Source: a virus. Taken from it: a stretch of 64,000 nt of DNA. The stretch covers positions 64,001 through 128,000 of IMG/VR virus record IMGVR_UViG_3300044729_002678. One strand, written 5' to 3'. The first letter of the stretch is position 1. The number at the start of each line of letters is the position of its first letter. The notes beneath the pieces are model-generated. The model did not search any database. It worked only from the letters and a program-made list of their open reading frames with translations, and was not told the origin of the DNA. Below are positions 49,365 through 58,176 of the stretch, piece by piece. A program made the position numbers and the translations under genes.

Positions 49365-50082
49365 AATACCTTTCTACATTGTGATTTAATTTAAGAATAC
49401 CCTTTTTTGAATAATCCGTATTTAATTCCACAAAAATTATTTTCATTTTACCTATAACCCTTGTAATATATTGCGTACTTACTCCTGTCCTATCTCTTAT
49501 AAGTATGTAAAGAGCCTTTTTGTTGTATGAGTATAAATCTCTTCTATTTCTAAATAACTCATTTACCGAATCAGCTATCTTTCTATCTCTATCCTTTATA
49601 AAGATTTTATCTAAATTACAATCAATATATTCGGTATAAAAATCCATAAAATCTGATTTTTCTTCCAATAACTCATACCCAGCCACCTCATTGGGAACAT
49701 TTCTTCCAATATCAACAGAATCCAATTTTTCATGTATTTTCATCTTTGAATAATTGGCGTTGTTTTCATTAAATAAAAAATTACGCGCTATGACTGTAAA
49801 GTAAGAAAATGCTTTTCCTTTTTCACCTTTAAACTTATGCATTTTTTCATTTAAAAACGCAACTACAGATGCTTTGGTATCTTCATACCCATCATCAAAA
49901 TAATAAGTTTTATAGGTGTGTATTACATTCTCTGCCAATTTATCAAATGGGTATTCTATAAATCTGTTATAGATTTTATTTTTTAAACTTTGATTATCAC
50001 AATTATTAAAAGCGTTTATTGCAATTTCAGTTATATTTGTAAAATATCTTTTACTTTGCGGATTCTTCCGTTTTCTCGCCAT
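49351..50082 (-). CDS. gp55-like late-transcription sigma factor
   Basis: N-terminal YFT and KAFSYFTVIARN resemble the conserved region-2 motif of T4 gp55-family proteins. Confidence 0.7.
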   Translation of the reverse strand: MARKRKNPQSKRYFTNITEIAINAFNNCDNQSLKNKIYNRFIEYPFDKLAENVIHTYKTYYFDDGYEDTKASVVAFLNEKMHKFKGEKGKAFSYFTVIARNFLFNENNANYSKMKIHEKLDSVDIGRNVPNEVAGYELLEEKSDFMDFYTEYIDCNLDKIFIKDRDRKIADSVNELFRNRRDLYSYNKKALYILIRDRTGVSTQYITRVIGKMKIIFVELNTDYSKKGILKLNHNVERYYDKG

Positions 50083-50362
50083 AATACATATCCAATTCTT
50101 CTATTATACTATACATTTCTCTAAATACATAACCCGTCTCATCATTTGCTTCAAACGAACCAATTTTATCTATTGATTTCATTCGTTCCATAGCATTCTG
50201 AATCTTCTCATCCATAAATTGGATTACCTTTTGTGATTCATCGTATTGCTTTTCCATCTCATCAAAATTATCATCTGCCGTTTCTAATTTCCTTAAAAGA
50301 TTCCAAACAAAAAACCCTAACCCAATATCGGTTAAAAGTAATAAAATTAAAATTGTAACCAT
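50051..50362 (-). CDS. Membrane-anchored coiled-coil protein
   Basis: N-terminal hydrophobic helix; GGAGG SD. Confidence 0.6.
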   Translation of the reverse strand: MVTILILLLLTDIGLGFFVWNLLRKLETADDNFDEMEKQYDESQKVIQFMDEKIQNAMERMKSIDKIGSFEANDETGYVFREMYSIIEELDMYYGEKTEESAK

Positions 50363-50366
50363 ACTA

Positions 50367-51167
50367 TCAATCCTCCATTATATCTTTAAATGCGTCAAAC
50401 ACCAAATCTACTTTTGGTTTATCCTCTTCAGATTTACCATTCATTATTTTTTCAAATTTGGATAAATTTTTACCTGGTGTTTGAATAGTACCTCTAGTTC
50501 CTTTTAGTTTTTTACCATCATTAACCCACCTATTATATTCATATTTTGAAGCCATAAAATCGGCCTGATGTAGAATATGGGGTAAAAATGTTTTTAATTG
50601 ATTTTCAGGATTAAAACTTTTATAATAACTTTCAGTTGAAGAGTCATACAAACCATCAGTCAATCTAATAGCAAGATATTCTTCCTCACTACAACTTACT
50701 CCAAAGTGATTTAACAAAAAGAATGTTCTATCGTGAATTTCCATCCAATGTAAATTTGGGTTTGATTTATAAATCTTTCCCTGATTTTTTACATGCCACT
50801 CAGAATCATTTTTTTTATACCAATCATCATTAACCGAACCAACCTTACCCAAATCGTGATGAAGGGCTGAAAATATAATTGATTCTCTTGTAATATCCTC
50901 AGTAACCATATCCAACTCTTTCCATAAATCAAACACTTTTAATGCGTTTCTCGTTACTCTTAAAATATGGTCAATATAACCACCAGGAAAAGCATTGTGA
51001 AAATGCTCAAATGATGAAGCAGGTGTATAGATAATCCTTTCTTCTAAATGGTCATACATTTTGTTTAGGGCATCCAATCGGTCACCACTAAACTCCTGAT
51101 TAATAAGTTTTCTAAACTTTTTGTAATTTTCCAGCAATTCGTCTGGAGTAAAAAAATCAAAATACAT
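50367..51167 (-). CDS. HD-domain phosphohydrolase
   Basis: FHNAFPGGYIDH...LHHDLGK...LHQADFMA. Confidence 0.85.
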   Translation of the reverse strand: MYFDFFTPDELLENYKKFRKLINQEFSGDRLDALNKMYDHLEERIIYTPASSFEHFHNAFPGGYIDHILRVTRNALKVFDLWKELDMVTEDITRESIIFSALHHDLGKVGSVNDDWYKKNDSEWHVKNQGKIYKSNPNLHWMEIHDRTFFLLNHFGVSCSEEEYLAIRLTDGLYDSSTESYYKSFNPENQLKTFLPHILHQADFMASKYEYNRWVNDGKKLKGTRGTIQTPGKNLSKFEKIMNGKSEEDKPKVDLVFDAFKDIMED

Positions 51168-51169
51168 AA

Positions 51170-51796
51170 TTAAATAATTTTATCAATGATACCCAATTCT
51201 AATGCTTCTTTGGATGATAGGAACAGGTCCGATTGTTGGTTTGATGTCCACCACTCTTTTGGTTTTTTTGTAAATTCTGCCATTAAAGAATTACATTCAT
51301 CCTCTAATTGGTCTGCAAACTTTGCGTTAGATTTTACATCACTCAATTTACCTGCTGCGAAAGTAGATAATTGGTGAACCATAATTTTTGAGTGCTTTGA
51401 TGCAACTCTAACCCCTGTACCAGATGCCAATAAGAGAGCAGCGGCTGACATTGCAATACCTCTACACACAATATTAAATTTAATTTCAGTATGGGTTCTA
51501 ATATAATCAATAATACCCAAACATTCCATTACATCACCTCCACCGGAGTTAAGTAGTATTGTAATCACATCCGTATTAGGGTTTATTTTTTTAAGTAAAC
51601 GTGTTTTAGCAATAAATTCTGCTAACAACCCAATTTGAATTTCATCGTTGATTACAATAATATTATCACTAATATCAATACCATAATCAAACTCCCTAAA
51701 ATATTGTTTATAAGGGTCATCTTCACTATTCTCTTTCGTGTTGATATAATTTACATTTTTTACTGTTTGGTCGCTGACCGAATATAGTTCATCCAT
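51170..51796 (-). CDS. clpP: ClpP-family protease
   Basis: LNSGGGDV, GIAMSAA (catalytic Ser), IMVHQ (His), EALELGIIDKI. Confidence 0.9.
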   Translation of the reverse strand: MDELYSVSDQTVKNVNYINTKENSEDDPYKQYFREFDYGIDISDNIIVINDEIQIGLLAEFIAKTRLLKKINPNTDVITILLNSGGGDVMECLGIIDYIRTHTEIKFNIVCRGIAMSAAALLLASGTGVRVASKHSKIMVHQLSTFAAGKLSDVKSNAKFADQLEDECNSLMAEFTKKPKEWWTSNQQSDLFLSSKEALELGIIDKII

Positions 51797-51823
51797 TTTT
51801 ATTTAATTTAGTTTAAATTTATT

Positions 51824-51855
51824 ACAATATACGAAAAAAATGATAATATTCCAAA
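51824..51855 (-). promoter_or_regulatory. Bacteroidetes-type promoter (TTTG-N20-TATATTGT)
   Basis: Upstream of clpP. Confidence 0.6.
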
Positions 51856-51857
51856 TT

Positions 51858-52877
51858 TTATCGCTTATATCTATCTGCTCCAGTTACTTTATATGAGTGT
51901 AATGGTGGTGTTGGGTTGGGGTTGGCATTTTCATTGTATAGATTAACACCTTCCTCAGTTGTTGGTTCAAATACCACATCCGGCTTTTCTTCAATCGGAG
52001 TTTTAATTTTAGATTCAATCTCTCCTACAACATCTTCTTTTTTTTCAATAAATTTTAAATCTTCATCGTTTTCTGAAATAGTTTTTTGGATATTTTCTTT
52101 TAATTCTTTTACAAGTTTATTTAAAGCAATAACCATTGCGATTGCAAGTGGGTCGAATACCAATACAATTAATAAGGTAAACCAATTTACAATTTTATCC
52201 ATACCCCACCCAGTTAATTTATCCAAATATCGTAAAGGACCAATTTCAGCCGCAACATCATTATTAGATTCCTTATCCAAAATAACTAAATCCAACGATG
52301 TCAACGAATCATTCATCGCTTCTATTTTTATGGTTAATTCATCCCTCTGCTTAATAGCAGTTTTTAATTCAGAACTCAACACCTTTCGTTGTGAAACCGC
52401 ACCTCGTTCGGTTAATGAGTTATTACTTGCCAACCCACCCCTAAGTGATGATATGGATGTTTCCAATATTCTTTTTTCTTGATTGTAATCCGTAAGCTGC
52501 TCTTTAAACCTCGTTCTTTTAATATCTACCACACCAACTTCTTTGTTTAAGATATTAAACTTATCGCTTGTAGTTTGATACGCTGATGTTAAAAAACCAT
52601 ATATACCCAATGATGTAATCATCATAAGAACCACAACCGCTGATGTTAAATACCATTTTAACCAACCAATAGTTTTCCAATAATTGTGGAGATAGGATGC
52701 TAATATCAATTTAGCAAATTCCAAAGAACCCGCCATAATAATTACTTCGGTTCTAGCTCCAGCAAACAAAGAACTTAATCCAAAAACAGAATAGTATGCA
52801 GCAGAACCTGCGAGACTGAATGTTGATAAAATCATTAAAGTTATGAAACCATTTTTTCTCGTAAAAAATTTTTTCAT
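51858..52877 (-). CDS. Multi-pass membrane protein with coiled coil
   Basis: Three N-terminal TM helices, a coiled coil, then EIGPLRYL...VFDPLAI TM segment. Confidence 0.7.
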   Translation of the reverse strand: MKKFFTRKNGFITLMILSTFSLAGSAAYYSVFGLSSLFAGARTEVIIMAGSLEFAKLILASYLHNYWKTIGWLKWYLTSAVVVLMMITSLGIYGFLTSAYQTTSDKFNILNKEVGVVDIKRTRFKEQLTDYNQEKRILETSISSLRGGLASNNSLTERGAVSQRKVLSSELKTAIKQRDELTIKIEAMNDSLTSLDLVILDKESNNDVAAEIGPLRYLDKLTGWGMDKIVNWFTLLIVLVFDPLAIAMVIALNKLVKELKENIQKTISENDEDLKFIEKKEDVVGEIESKIKTPIEEKPDVVFEPTTEEGVNLYNENANPNPTPPLHSYKVTGADRYKR

Positions 52878-53020
52878 ATTTTTTCCATTTTTTTAACTTT
52901 ACTAACTTTCCCAGTTGTATTTATTATCAAAACCTTTTTTGTTAAAATAGTTACTTGTAAAAATAAGTAACTTGTTAATATAAAATAAATATAAAAAAAA
53001 TGATAATAAGTTCAAACGGG

Positions 53021-53914
53021 TTAATTATGCCCATACTTATTCAAATAAGTAAGAACTGCTAATTCTTTCATTTTTGCTTCAACTTCAATATCCAAATCAT
53101 ATCCATAAGTATTAATCTTATCAAAAATATAATCGGAATGGGCTTGTGGCATTTTACCAATAGCAGATTCTGAATAATGAACTACGGGTTTAATACCTTT
53201 CGGCCAAGTTGACATAGCCATTTCCAAAGCTTCTCTTTCTGATAAATCACCTGTACAAAATTTGTGGTGGTGATAATCAAATACAATAGGAATACCAATT
53301 TGTTTGTGTATATACATCAGGTCTTTTACTGAATACATACTTGCTTTATCATCATTTTCTACCGTCAGCCTGGTTTTAACCGAGTCAGGTAACCTATCAA
53401 AGTTTCGGCAGAACCTATCCATCGCTGAAACCTTATCCCCATAGACACCATTACAATGGATATTGATTACATTATAGGGGGTTCTACTCAACCCCATAAG
53501 GTCAAACACCTCCCCATGCAGCGAAAGGTCTGTTATGCTGTTTAGAACCACCTTTTCGTTGGGTGAAACAAGCACATTAAAGGGGCCAGGATGAGATGTA
53601 ATTCGTTGCCCATAGTTGGATACCAATACCCCAATACCCTTCAAGAGATTGGATATAGGAGCAAAATGCGGCATGGATGATAGTTGGTATTCAGATGACC
53701 AGGGGAATAGGTTAGAAGTGATTCTAAAGAGTTTTATACCCTGTTGTTCATTCCAATTAATGATTTCTACCAAGTCTCTGGTGTTTTGTAACCCCAATTC
53801 AGAAGCCCTATCAATACCCTCTTTTAAGAAGGTCTTTTTAATCATACTCCTATTTGTGGTAATCTTTTTCTTGCCCAATGTCATATTGATGCAAGCATAT
53901 CCTAAATTTGACAT
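53021..53914 (-). CDS. uvsE: UV damage endonuclease (UvdE/UvsE)
   Basis: LGYACIN, SHPGPF, LTVENDD, VFDYHHH, HYSES, AHSD, EAKMKE motifs. Confidence 0.95.
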   Translation of the reverse strand: MSNLGYACINMTLGKKKITTNRSMIKKTFLKEGIDRASELGLQNTRDLVEIINWNEQQGIKLFRITSNLFPWSSEYQLSSMPHFAPISNLLKGIGVLVSNYGQRITSHPGPFNVLVSPNEKVVLNSITDLSLHGEVFDLMGLSRTPYNVINIHCNGVYGDKVSAMDRFCRNFDRLPDSVKTRLTVENDDKASMYSVKDLMYIHKQIGIPIVFDYHHHKFCTGDLSEREALEMAMSTWPKGIKPVVHYSESAIGKMPQAHSDYIFDKINTYGYDLDIEVEAKMKELAVLTYLNKYGHN

Positions 53915-53923
53915 AATAAGTTT

Positions 53924-54025
53924 TTATTTTTTGCGTGGTAGTTTTACATATATCCACAGCAATATAGGTGAAAATATAATAAGTAAAAGGAGTGATTGGA
54001 GTCGTTGTTTAACCCCTAACTTCAT
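53924..54025 (-). CDS. 33-aa single-TM micropeptide
   Basis: Manual translation MKLGVKQRLQSLLLLIIFSPILLWIYVKLPRKK; below the track's size cut-off. Confidence 0.5.
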   Translation of the reverse strand: MKLGVKQRLQSLLLLIIFSPILLWIYVKLPRKK

Positions 54026-54164
54026 CAGTAACTCCGTTATTAAATTCTAATAGAATTAGTTCTGCCGTTTCAGCATCAACCCACCCGGCCATCTCCGTCA
54101 AATCACCTACCCAATATTTACCATACTTTTGTGGTAAATCACATATACCTAAAAATGTTTTCAT
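54009..54164 (-). CDS. 51-aa hypothetical protein
   Basis: Manual translation MKTFLGICDLPQKYGKYWVGDLTEMAGWVDAETAELILLEFNNGVTDEVRG; downstream of a host-type promoter. Confidence 0.55.
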   Translation of the reverse strand: MKTFLGICDLPQKYGKYWVGDLTEMAGWVDAETAELILLEFNNGVTDEVRG

Positions 54165-54188
54165 AATTTTTAATTTTTATTTTGTAAT

Positions 54189-54220
54189 CAAAGATAATCA
54201 TAAAATCCCAAAGTTCCAAA
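54189..54220 (-). promoter_or_regulatory. Bacteroidetes consensus promoter TTTG-N20-TATCTTTG
   Basis: Exact match to the -33 TTTG / -7 TAnnTTTG consensus. Confidence 0.75.
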
Positions 54221-54242
54221 TTATTTTGGGATAAATATATTT

Positions 54243-55244
54243 TTATATATCAAATGGGGTATAACTAAAAGTTATATTTAGTACCGATGGACATTTCGTA
54301 TTTATGATAGATTTTATATTTACCTCAAATGTATCCAAAGATTGGAATTTTATTATTTCACCACCATAAACAAAATTTAATTTACCGCATTTTTCTAATA
54401 TATCAACCTTATTAAAAATTAAGTTGGTTACACCATTTATATTAATTGCTTTAATAAGTAAATCGATATCCAACCAATTTACTTGTCTACCCCTACCAGT
54501 GGTAGCACCATATTCATCCCCTAATTCTCTTATTTTGATAAATATTTCATCATCACCCTCAAAGTTTTTAGCACCTACATAAGTTCTATATGCTTTTGCT
54601 ATACCATAAACCTTTCTAATCTTTTGTGGTGGAACTCCATTCAATAAAGCAGAACCAACCGTACAATGCGATGATGTTACATATGGGTAATCTCCCCAAT
54701 CAATATCTAACTCGAATCCCTGCGCACCCTCAAATAAAATTTTAGATGGGTCTGAATTATGTAGTTCTTCGTAGATATCAATTATATATTTAGAATGTAA
54801 TTTATCCCCAGCTCTAATTCCCCTCCTTGCATATTTATCCCTATACGCAGGCCCATTACCTGTTTTGGTTGTTCCGATGTGAGTATCTTTACTATCCTCC
54901 ATCAGGTGTTCCGGCTGAATTAAATGAACTCTTTTATCAATATGAAGATAATCCGAAACATTAATACCATTATCTTCTAACTCTTTCCACTCTTTACATA
55001 AATCTATAAAATTAACTACACAACCAGGACCTATAATTGATTTTATTCCATAAAATACACCGACGGGTATGTAGTGGGTTACAAATTTTTTCCCTTTATG
55101 ATAAACAGTATGACCGGCGTTTCCACCACCATTGTATCTAATTACATGAGTATATTCACCGCTCTTACAAAGTGAATGTGCAACCTTACCTTTACCAGTA
55201 TCACCTGCTTGTAAATCTACAATTACATCAGCGTATTTTATCAT
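54243..55244 (-). CDS. purA: Adenylosuccinate synthetase (short form)
   Basis: GDTGKGK, NAGHT, EGAQG, YPYVTSS, GATTGR motifs; start moved to MIKYAD (55244). Confidence 0.92.
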   Translation of the reverse strand: MIKYADVIVDLQAGDTGKGKVAHSLCKSGEYTHVIRYNGGGNAGHTVYHKGKKFVTHYIPVGVFYGIKSIIGPGCVVNFIDLCKEWKELEDNGINVSDYLHIDKRVHLIQPEHLMEDSKDTHIGTTKTGNGPAYRDKYARRGIRAGDKLHSKYIIDIYEELHNSDPSKILFEGAQGFELDIDWGDYPYVTSSHCTVGSALLNGVPPQKIRKVYGIAKAYRTYVGAKNFEGDDEIFIKIRELGDEYGATTGRGRQVNWLDIDLLIKAININGVTNLIFNKVDILEKCGKLNFVYGGEIIKFQSLDTFEVNIKSIINTKCPSVLNITFSYTPFDI

Positions 55245-55257
55245 ACATAACTTATTT

Positions 55258-55283
55258 AAAAAATAACCCAAGGGCGCGGGTTA
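55258..55283 (-). terminator. Intrinsic terminator of hsp20
   Basis: mRNA UAACCC-GCGCCCUU-GGGUUA-UUUUUU. Confidence 0.75.
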
Positions 55284-55289
55284 CATAAC

Positions 55290-55706
55290 TTATTTAATTT
55301 TTAAACTTTTTGGTTTTGATTCTTCAGCGAATGGTATTACAATTTTAAGTAACCCATTGTGCATTGTTGCATCGGCTGAATTCAAATCATACTTTCGGGC
55401 AACTTTATATCCCAAATTAAAGGAACGTTTTGATATACCTTTATGAATATAATTTACCTCACTATTGGTTTCTTCTTTTTTAGAATGAGAAATCCTTAAT
55501 AGGTCTCCCTCAATATTGATATTAATATCTTCTTTGGTTAGACCTGTTCCTGCTACCTCAAAACATAAACCATCTTTGGTTTCATAGATATCTACGGGAT
55601 GTCCGATTTTTACATCCATAGCGGGAGCGAAATACGAATCGGTTGTGAAAAAGTTTTTCACCAAAATATCAAATGGTGAAAATGGAAATTCTTTGATGTG
55701 TGTCAT
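55290..55706 (-). CDS. Small heat-shock protein Hsp20
   Basis: PVDIYE...AGTGLTKEDI...YIHKGISKRSF...NGLLKI alpha-crystallin pattern. Confidence 0.95.
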   Translation of the reverse strand: MTHIKEFPFSPFDILVKNFFTTDSYFAPAMDVKIGHPVDIYETKDGLCFEVAGTGLTKEDININIEGDLLRISHSKKEETNSEVNYIHKGISKRSFNLGYKVARKYDLNSADATMHNGLLKIVIPFAEESKPKSLKIK

Positions 55707-55802
55707 AATAGTCCTTAAATCTATTTTAATTGTTAAACATAATTTTAATTTTGACCCCTTTCGGTAGTCGGTTGCGCCCTTAGGTTATATTTTATATTTA
55801 TT

Positions 55803-55842
55803 ACAAATATTATACCAACTATGGTTGGTTGACAAATTGTCA
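55803..55842 (-). promoter_or_regulatory. Sigma54-like promoter (TGGTAT-N5-TTGT) plus TGACAA-T-TTGTCA palindrome upstream of hsp20
   Basis: Spacing matches TGGCAC-N5-TTGC; 13-nt palindrome at 55830-55842. Confidence 0.45.
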
Positions 55843-56238
55843 GTTTAAAGACATTGGTGGTATTTGTCCAATGATAATATATGTATTGTAAGTAGTTTTT
55901 TTAACTTTACTGCTGGTTAAATATTTCAATATAAAACCATCAAGCCATAATTTATTAAGAGCCTGTTGTAATGAAAATTCTTCTGAATTAGATTCAATAT
56001 GAATTAATTTCAATACCGTATCAGAAACAGGGTTGGTTTCCATATGATGATTAATAGCACCAAAGGATGATTTATTCGCACCCTCTAATTCAGATTCAAT
56101 ATCTTCATCATCACCTAACTTATCAAAAAACCCCGAATACATATCGGAAAAATAAATAAGTTTATCTCTTGCCGATAATCCTTTGTAAAAATCATATTCA
56201 TTCTTATCCCAAAAAGATTCCAAATTTACATTATCCAT
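55840..56238 (-). CDS. Hypothetical protein
   Basis: TATTTATA (56242-56249) 3 nt before the ATG. Confidence 0.6.
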   Translation of the reverse strand: MDNVNLESFWDKNEYDFYKGLSARDKLIYFSDMYSGFFDKLGDDEDIESELEGANKSSFGAINHHMETNPVSDTVLKLIHIESNSEEFSLQQALNKLWLDGFILKYLTSSKVKKTTYNTYIIIGQIPPMSLN

Positions 56239-56250
56239 ACCTATAAATAG

Positions 56251-56721
56251 TTAATTTTTTTTGAATTCTTGGTTTAACCAAAATAAAACCTCTTTTGAAA
56301 CGGCGGTATTTTCTTCTGTTATATATTCATCCAAAATCCAAGTAACTTCTTCTAATACCGAATTATTATTGTAATAAGTTTTATTTAGAATTAATTGTAA
56401 TTTATCTCGCATTTGTTTTTTATACAAATCATCAATAATTACATCAGTTTTAAAAAACTTTTTTTTAAGATTCTTTTTTATTAAAGTAAAATATGGTTCT
56501 TTTTTATTTTTTAAAATCTCACAACAATTTTCAATATATTCTGAAAAAGATACATCTTTATTAATTAATAAAGGTTCTTCGTTGGTTAGGTTTAATGCAC
56601 CCGTAATGTTTTTTTCAGATATTTCAAACCCATCCTCATCAAATTGACCGTATCCACCAAACAATGCCTTTTTTATTTTATCAAATTCGGTTGTTGCTTG
56701 GATTGAGCCGGTAATATACAT
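56251..56721 (-). CDS. Hypothetical protein
   Basis: 156-aa ORF in an operon-like array. Confidence 0.6.
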   Translation of the reverse strand: MYITGSIQATTEFDKIKKALFGGYGQFDEDGFEISEKNITGALNLTNEEPLLINKDVSFSEYIENCCEILKNKKEPYFTLIKKNLKKKFFKTDVIIDDLYKKQMRDKLQLILNKTYYNNNSVLEEVTWILDEYITEENTAVSKEVLFWLNQEFKKN

Positions 56722-56725
56722 TTTA

Positions 56726-57031
56726 CTAATTAAAAATATTTAACCTAAATTTTTTATCAACTGTATGTAATGCGTCTTGAAGAGTTTCAATAATTTTTTC
56801 TGCTTCCGCTTTTGTAACCACCATTTCAGCATTACCTATCTTTAAACTACCGATTTCGGTAAATGGTTTTACAGGATAATCCGATGGTTTTAATTCAGGA
56901 TTTAATTGTAAATCAATACCCGAAAAATTCTTTCCAGCATATTTTTGAAATTTGGCTTCTTGCTTTTGAGTTACACCAAAAGAATTATTTACAAAATTTT
57001 TAATTGGTGCGTTTTTATATTTACTACTCAT
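56726..57031 (-). CDS. Hypothetical protein
   Basis: 101-aa ORF; TATTTATT at 57060-57067. Confidence 0.6.
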   Translation of the reverse strand: MSSKYKNAPIKNFVNNSFGVTQKQEAKFQKYAGKNFSGIDLQLNPELKPSDYPVKPFTEIGSLKIGNAEMVVTKAEAEKIIETLQDALHTVDKKFRLNIFN

Positions 57032-57085
57032 AACTTAATTGGTTTAATTGTTATACAGTAATAAATACAAAAAAATAATTAATTA

Positions 57086-57418
57086 TTATGTTTTTTTAAT
57101 CCTTTTATTTCGATTTGAAACTCTACCAAATTTGACTTCATCAAAATCCATAATCATTTTATCGGGGTGGGTTCTATTGATATTTTGAGTTGTCTTAATA
57201 GACTCGTTTGCCCAAAACCACGCCCTTTCTAATGTTTTTTGTGGGGGTATAAAATTTTCTTCACCAATATACCCATCCACGCCATTATAAATTCTATAAA
57301 GACCCTCAGTTGTAATTACCGATTTTGCTTTTGGATATTTTTTTAGAATCCGTTTTTTAATTCTATCGGTAGCTGAATTAGCCGATACTATCTTCTTTAC
57401 TTTCTGATTGCTTTTCAT
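57086..57418 (-). CDS. Basic hypothetical protein
   Basis: 110-aa ORF. Confidence 0.6.
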   Translation of the reverse strand: MKSNQKVKKIVSANSATDRIKKRILKKYPKAKSVITTEGLYRIYNGVDGYIGEENFIPPQKTLERAWFWANESIKTTQNINRTHPDKMIMDFDEVKFGRVSNRNKRIKKT

Positions 57419-57620
57419 TGAAAATTTGGGTTAATCGTTTATTAATTAAAAAACCATTTGCTATTTCTTTGTTTAATGAACAATTTTCTATTAATCTACC
57501 ATCTTCAAGTTTTACATCGTAGGCGTTACTGTTCTTAATTTTATTTTTTGAAACTATTTTACCTACCCGAAAATCTTTGTAAACGGCTACTACTACAATA
57601 TCACCTATACCATACACCAT
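57378..57620 (-). CDS. Small SH3/KOW-like protein
   Basis: YGIGDIVVV...VGKIV...YDVKLEDG. Confidence 0.55.
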   Translation of the reverse strand: MVYGIGDIVVVAVYKDFRVGKIVSKNKIKNSNAYDVKLEDGRLIENCSLNKEIANGFLINKRLTQIFNEKQSESKEDSIG

Positions 57621-57622
57621 AA

Positions 57623-57826
57623 TTAGTTTCCGATTACATTTAAGATTTTTGTTTGTGTAACGGAACTAACTTCAAATTCCAATGGAGAGCTTTGTAGAAA
57701 AGCTGTGATATGGGCTTCTGCATCAGTAACCGATACTGCTTTTACCAAATACTGTTCAGTATTCTTTTTAATTTTACCATTACCATTGTCGGTTTCGACT
57801 TTTACTTTTACTAAATAATACATCAT
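57623..57826 (-). CDS. DUF4494-like protein (Bacteroidetes-associated family)
   Basis: KIKKNTEQYLVKAVSVTDAEA...FEVSSVTQTKI matches the recalled family pattern. Confidence 0.7.
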   Translation of the reverse strand: MMYYLVKVKVETDNGNGKIKKNTEQYLVKAVSVTDAEAHITAFLQSSPLEFEVSSVTQTKILNVIGN

Positions 57827-57830
57827 AATT

Positions 57831-58100
57831 TTATTTTTTTAAATTGTTTACAACTTTTTCACATGCTTTTACGAAGTTTTCTTTTCCCCATTTACCTAAT
57901 TGAGTGTGGTGAGAATGTGATATTGAATCTCCACTAACAGCAGAAGATATATAAGCAAATCTTTTTAACTTATAGCCTGATAGTGGGGATGAAAACTGCT
58001 TTAAGTATTCGGCTTTACTATCCAAGTATTCAAAAAAATCATCCTTTGATAAAGAATCAATTTCTTGATTTGTTAGCGGTTTATTTGGGTTATATATCAT
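57831..58100 (-). CDS. Hypothetical protein
   Basis: ATG at 58100, 3 nt downstream of a TATATTTG element. Confidence 0.6.
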   Translation of the reverse strand: MIYNPNKPLTNQEIDSLSKDDFFEYLDSKAEYLKQFSSPLSGYKLKRFAYISSAVSGDSISHSHHTQLGKWGKENFVKACEKVVNNLKK

Positions 58101-58103
58101 ATA

Positions 58104-58134
58104 CAAATATACAAAATTATTTTGTAAATTCCAA
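58104..58134 (-). promoter_or_regulatory. Bacteroidetes-type promoter TTG-N20-TATATTTG
   Basis: Consensus -7 element with a correctly spaced -33 element. Confidence 0.7.
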
Positions 58135-58176
58135 GTTTTATGTATTTAAATTTGATAATAATGTTTACCACAATGT

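Noticed and set aside
52949-52972. Inverted repeat AGTTACTT/AAGTAACT upstream of the membrane-protein gene
   Set aside because: AT-rich 8-bp stem without a clear adjacent U-tract; could be chance.
50367-55244. Z-genome (PurZ + DatZ) pathway
   Set aside because: The synthetase keeps the PurA Asp and TTGR loop; the HD protein is 3 kb away and its motif does not point specifically to DatZ.
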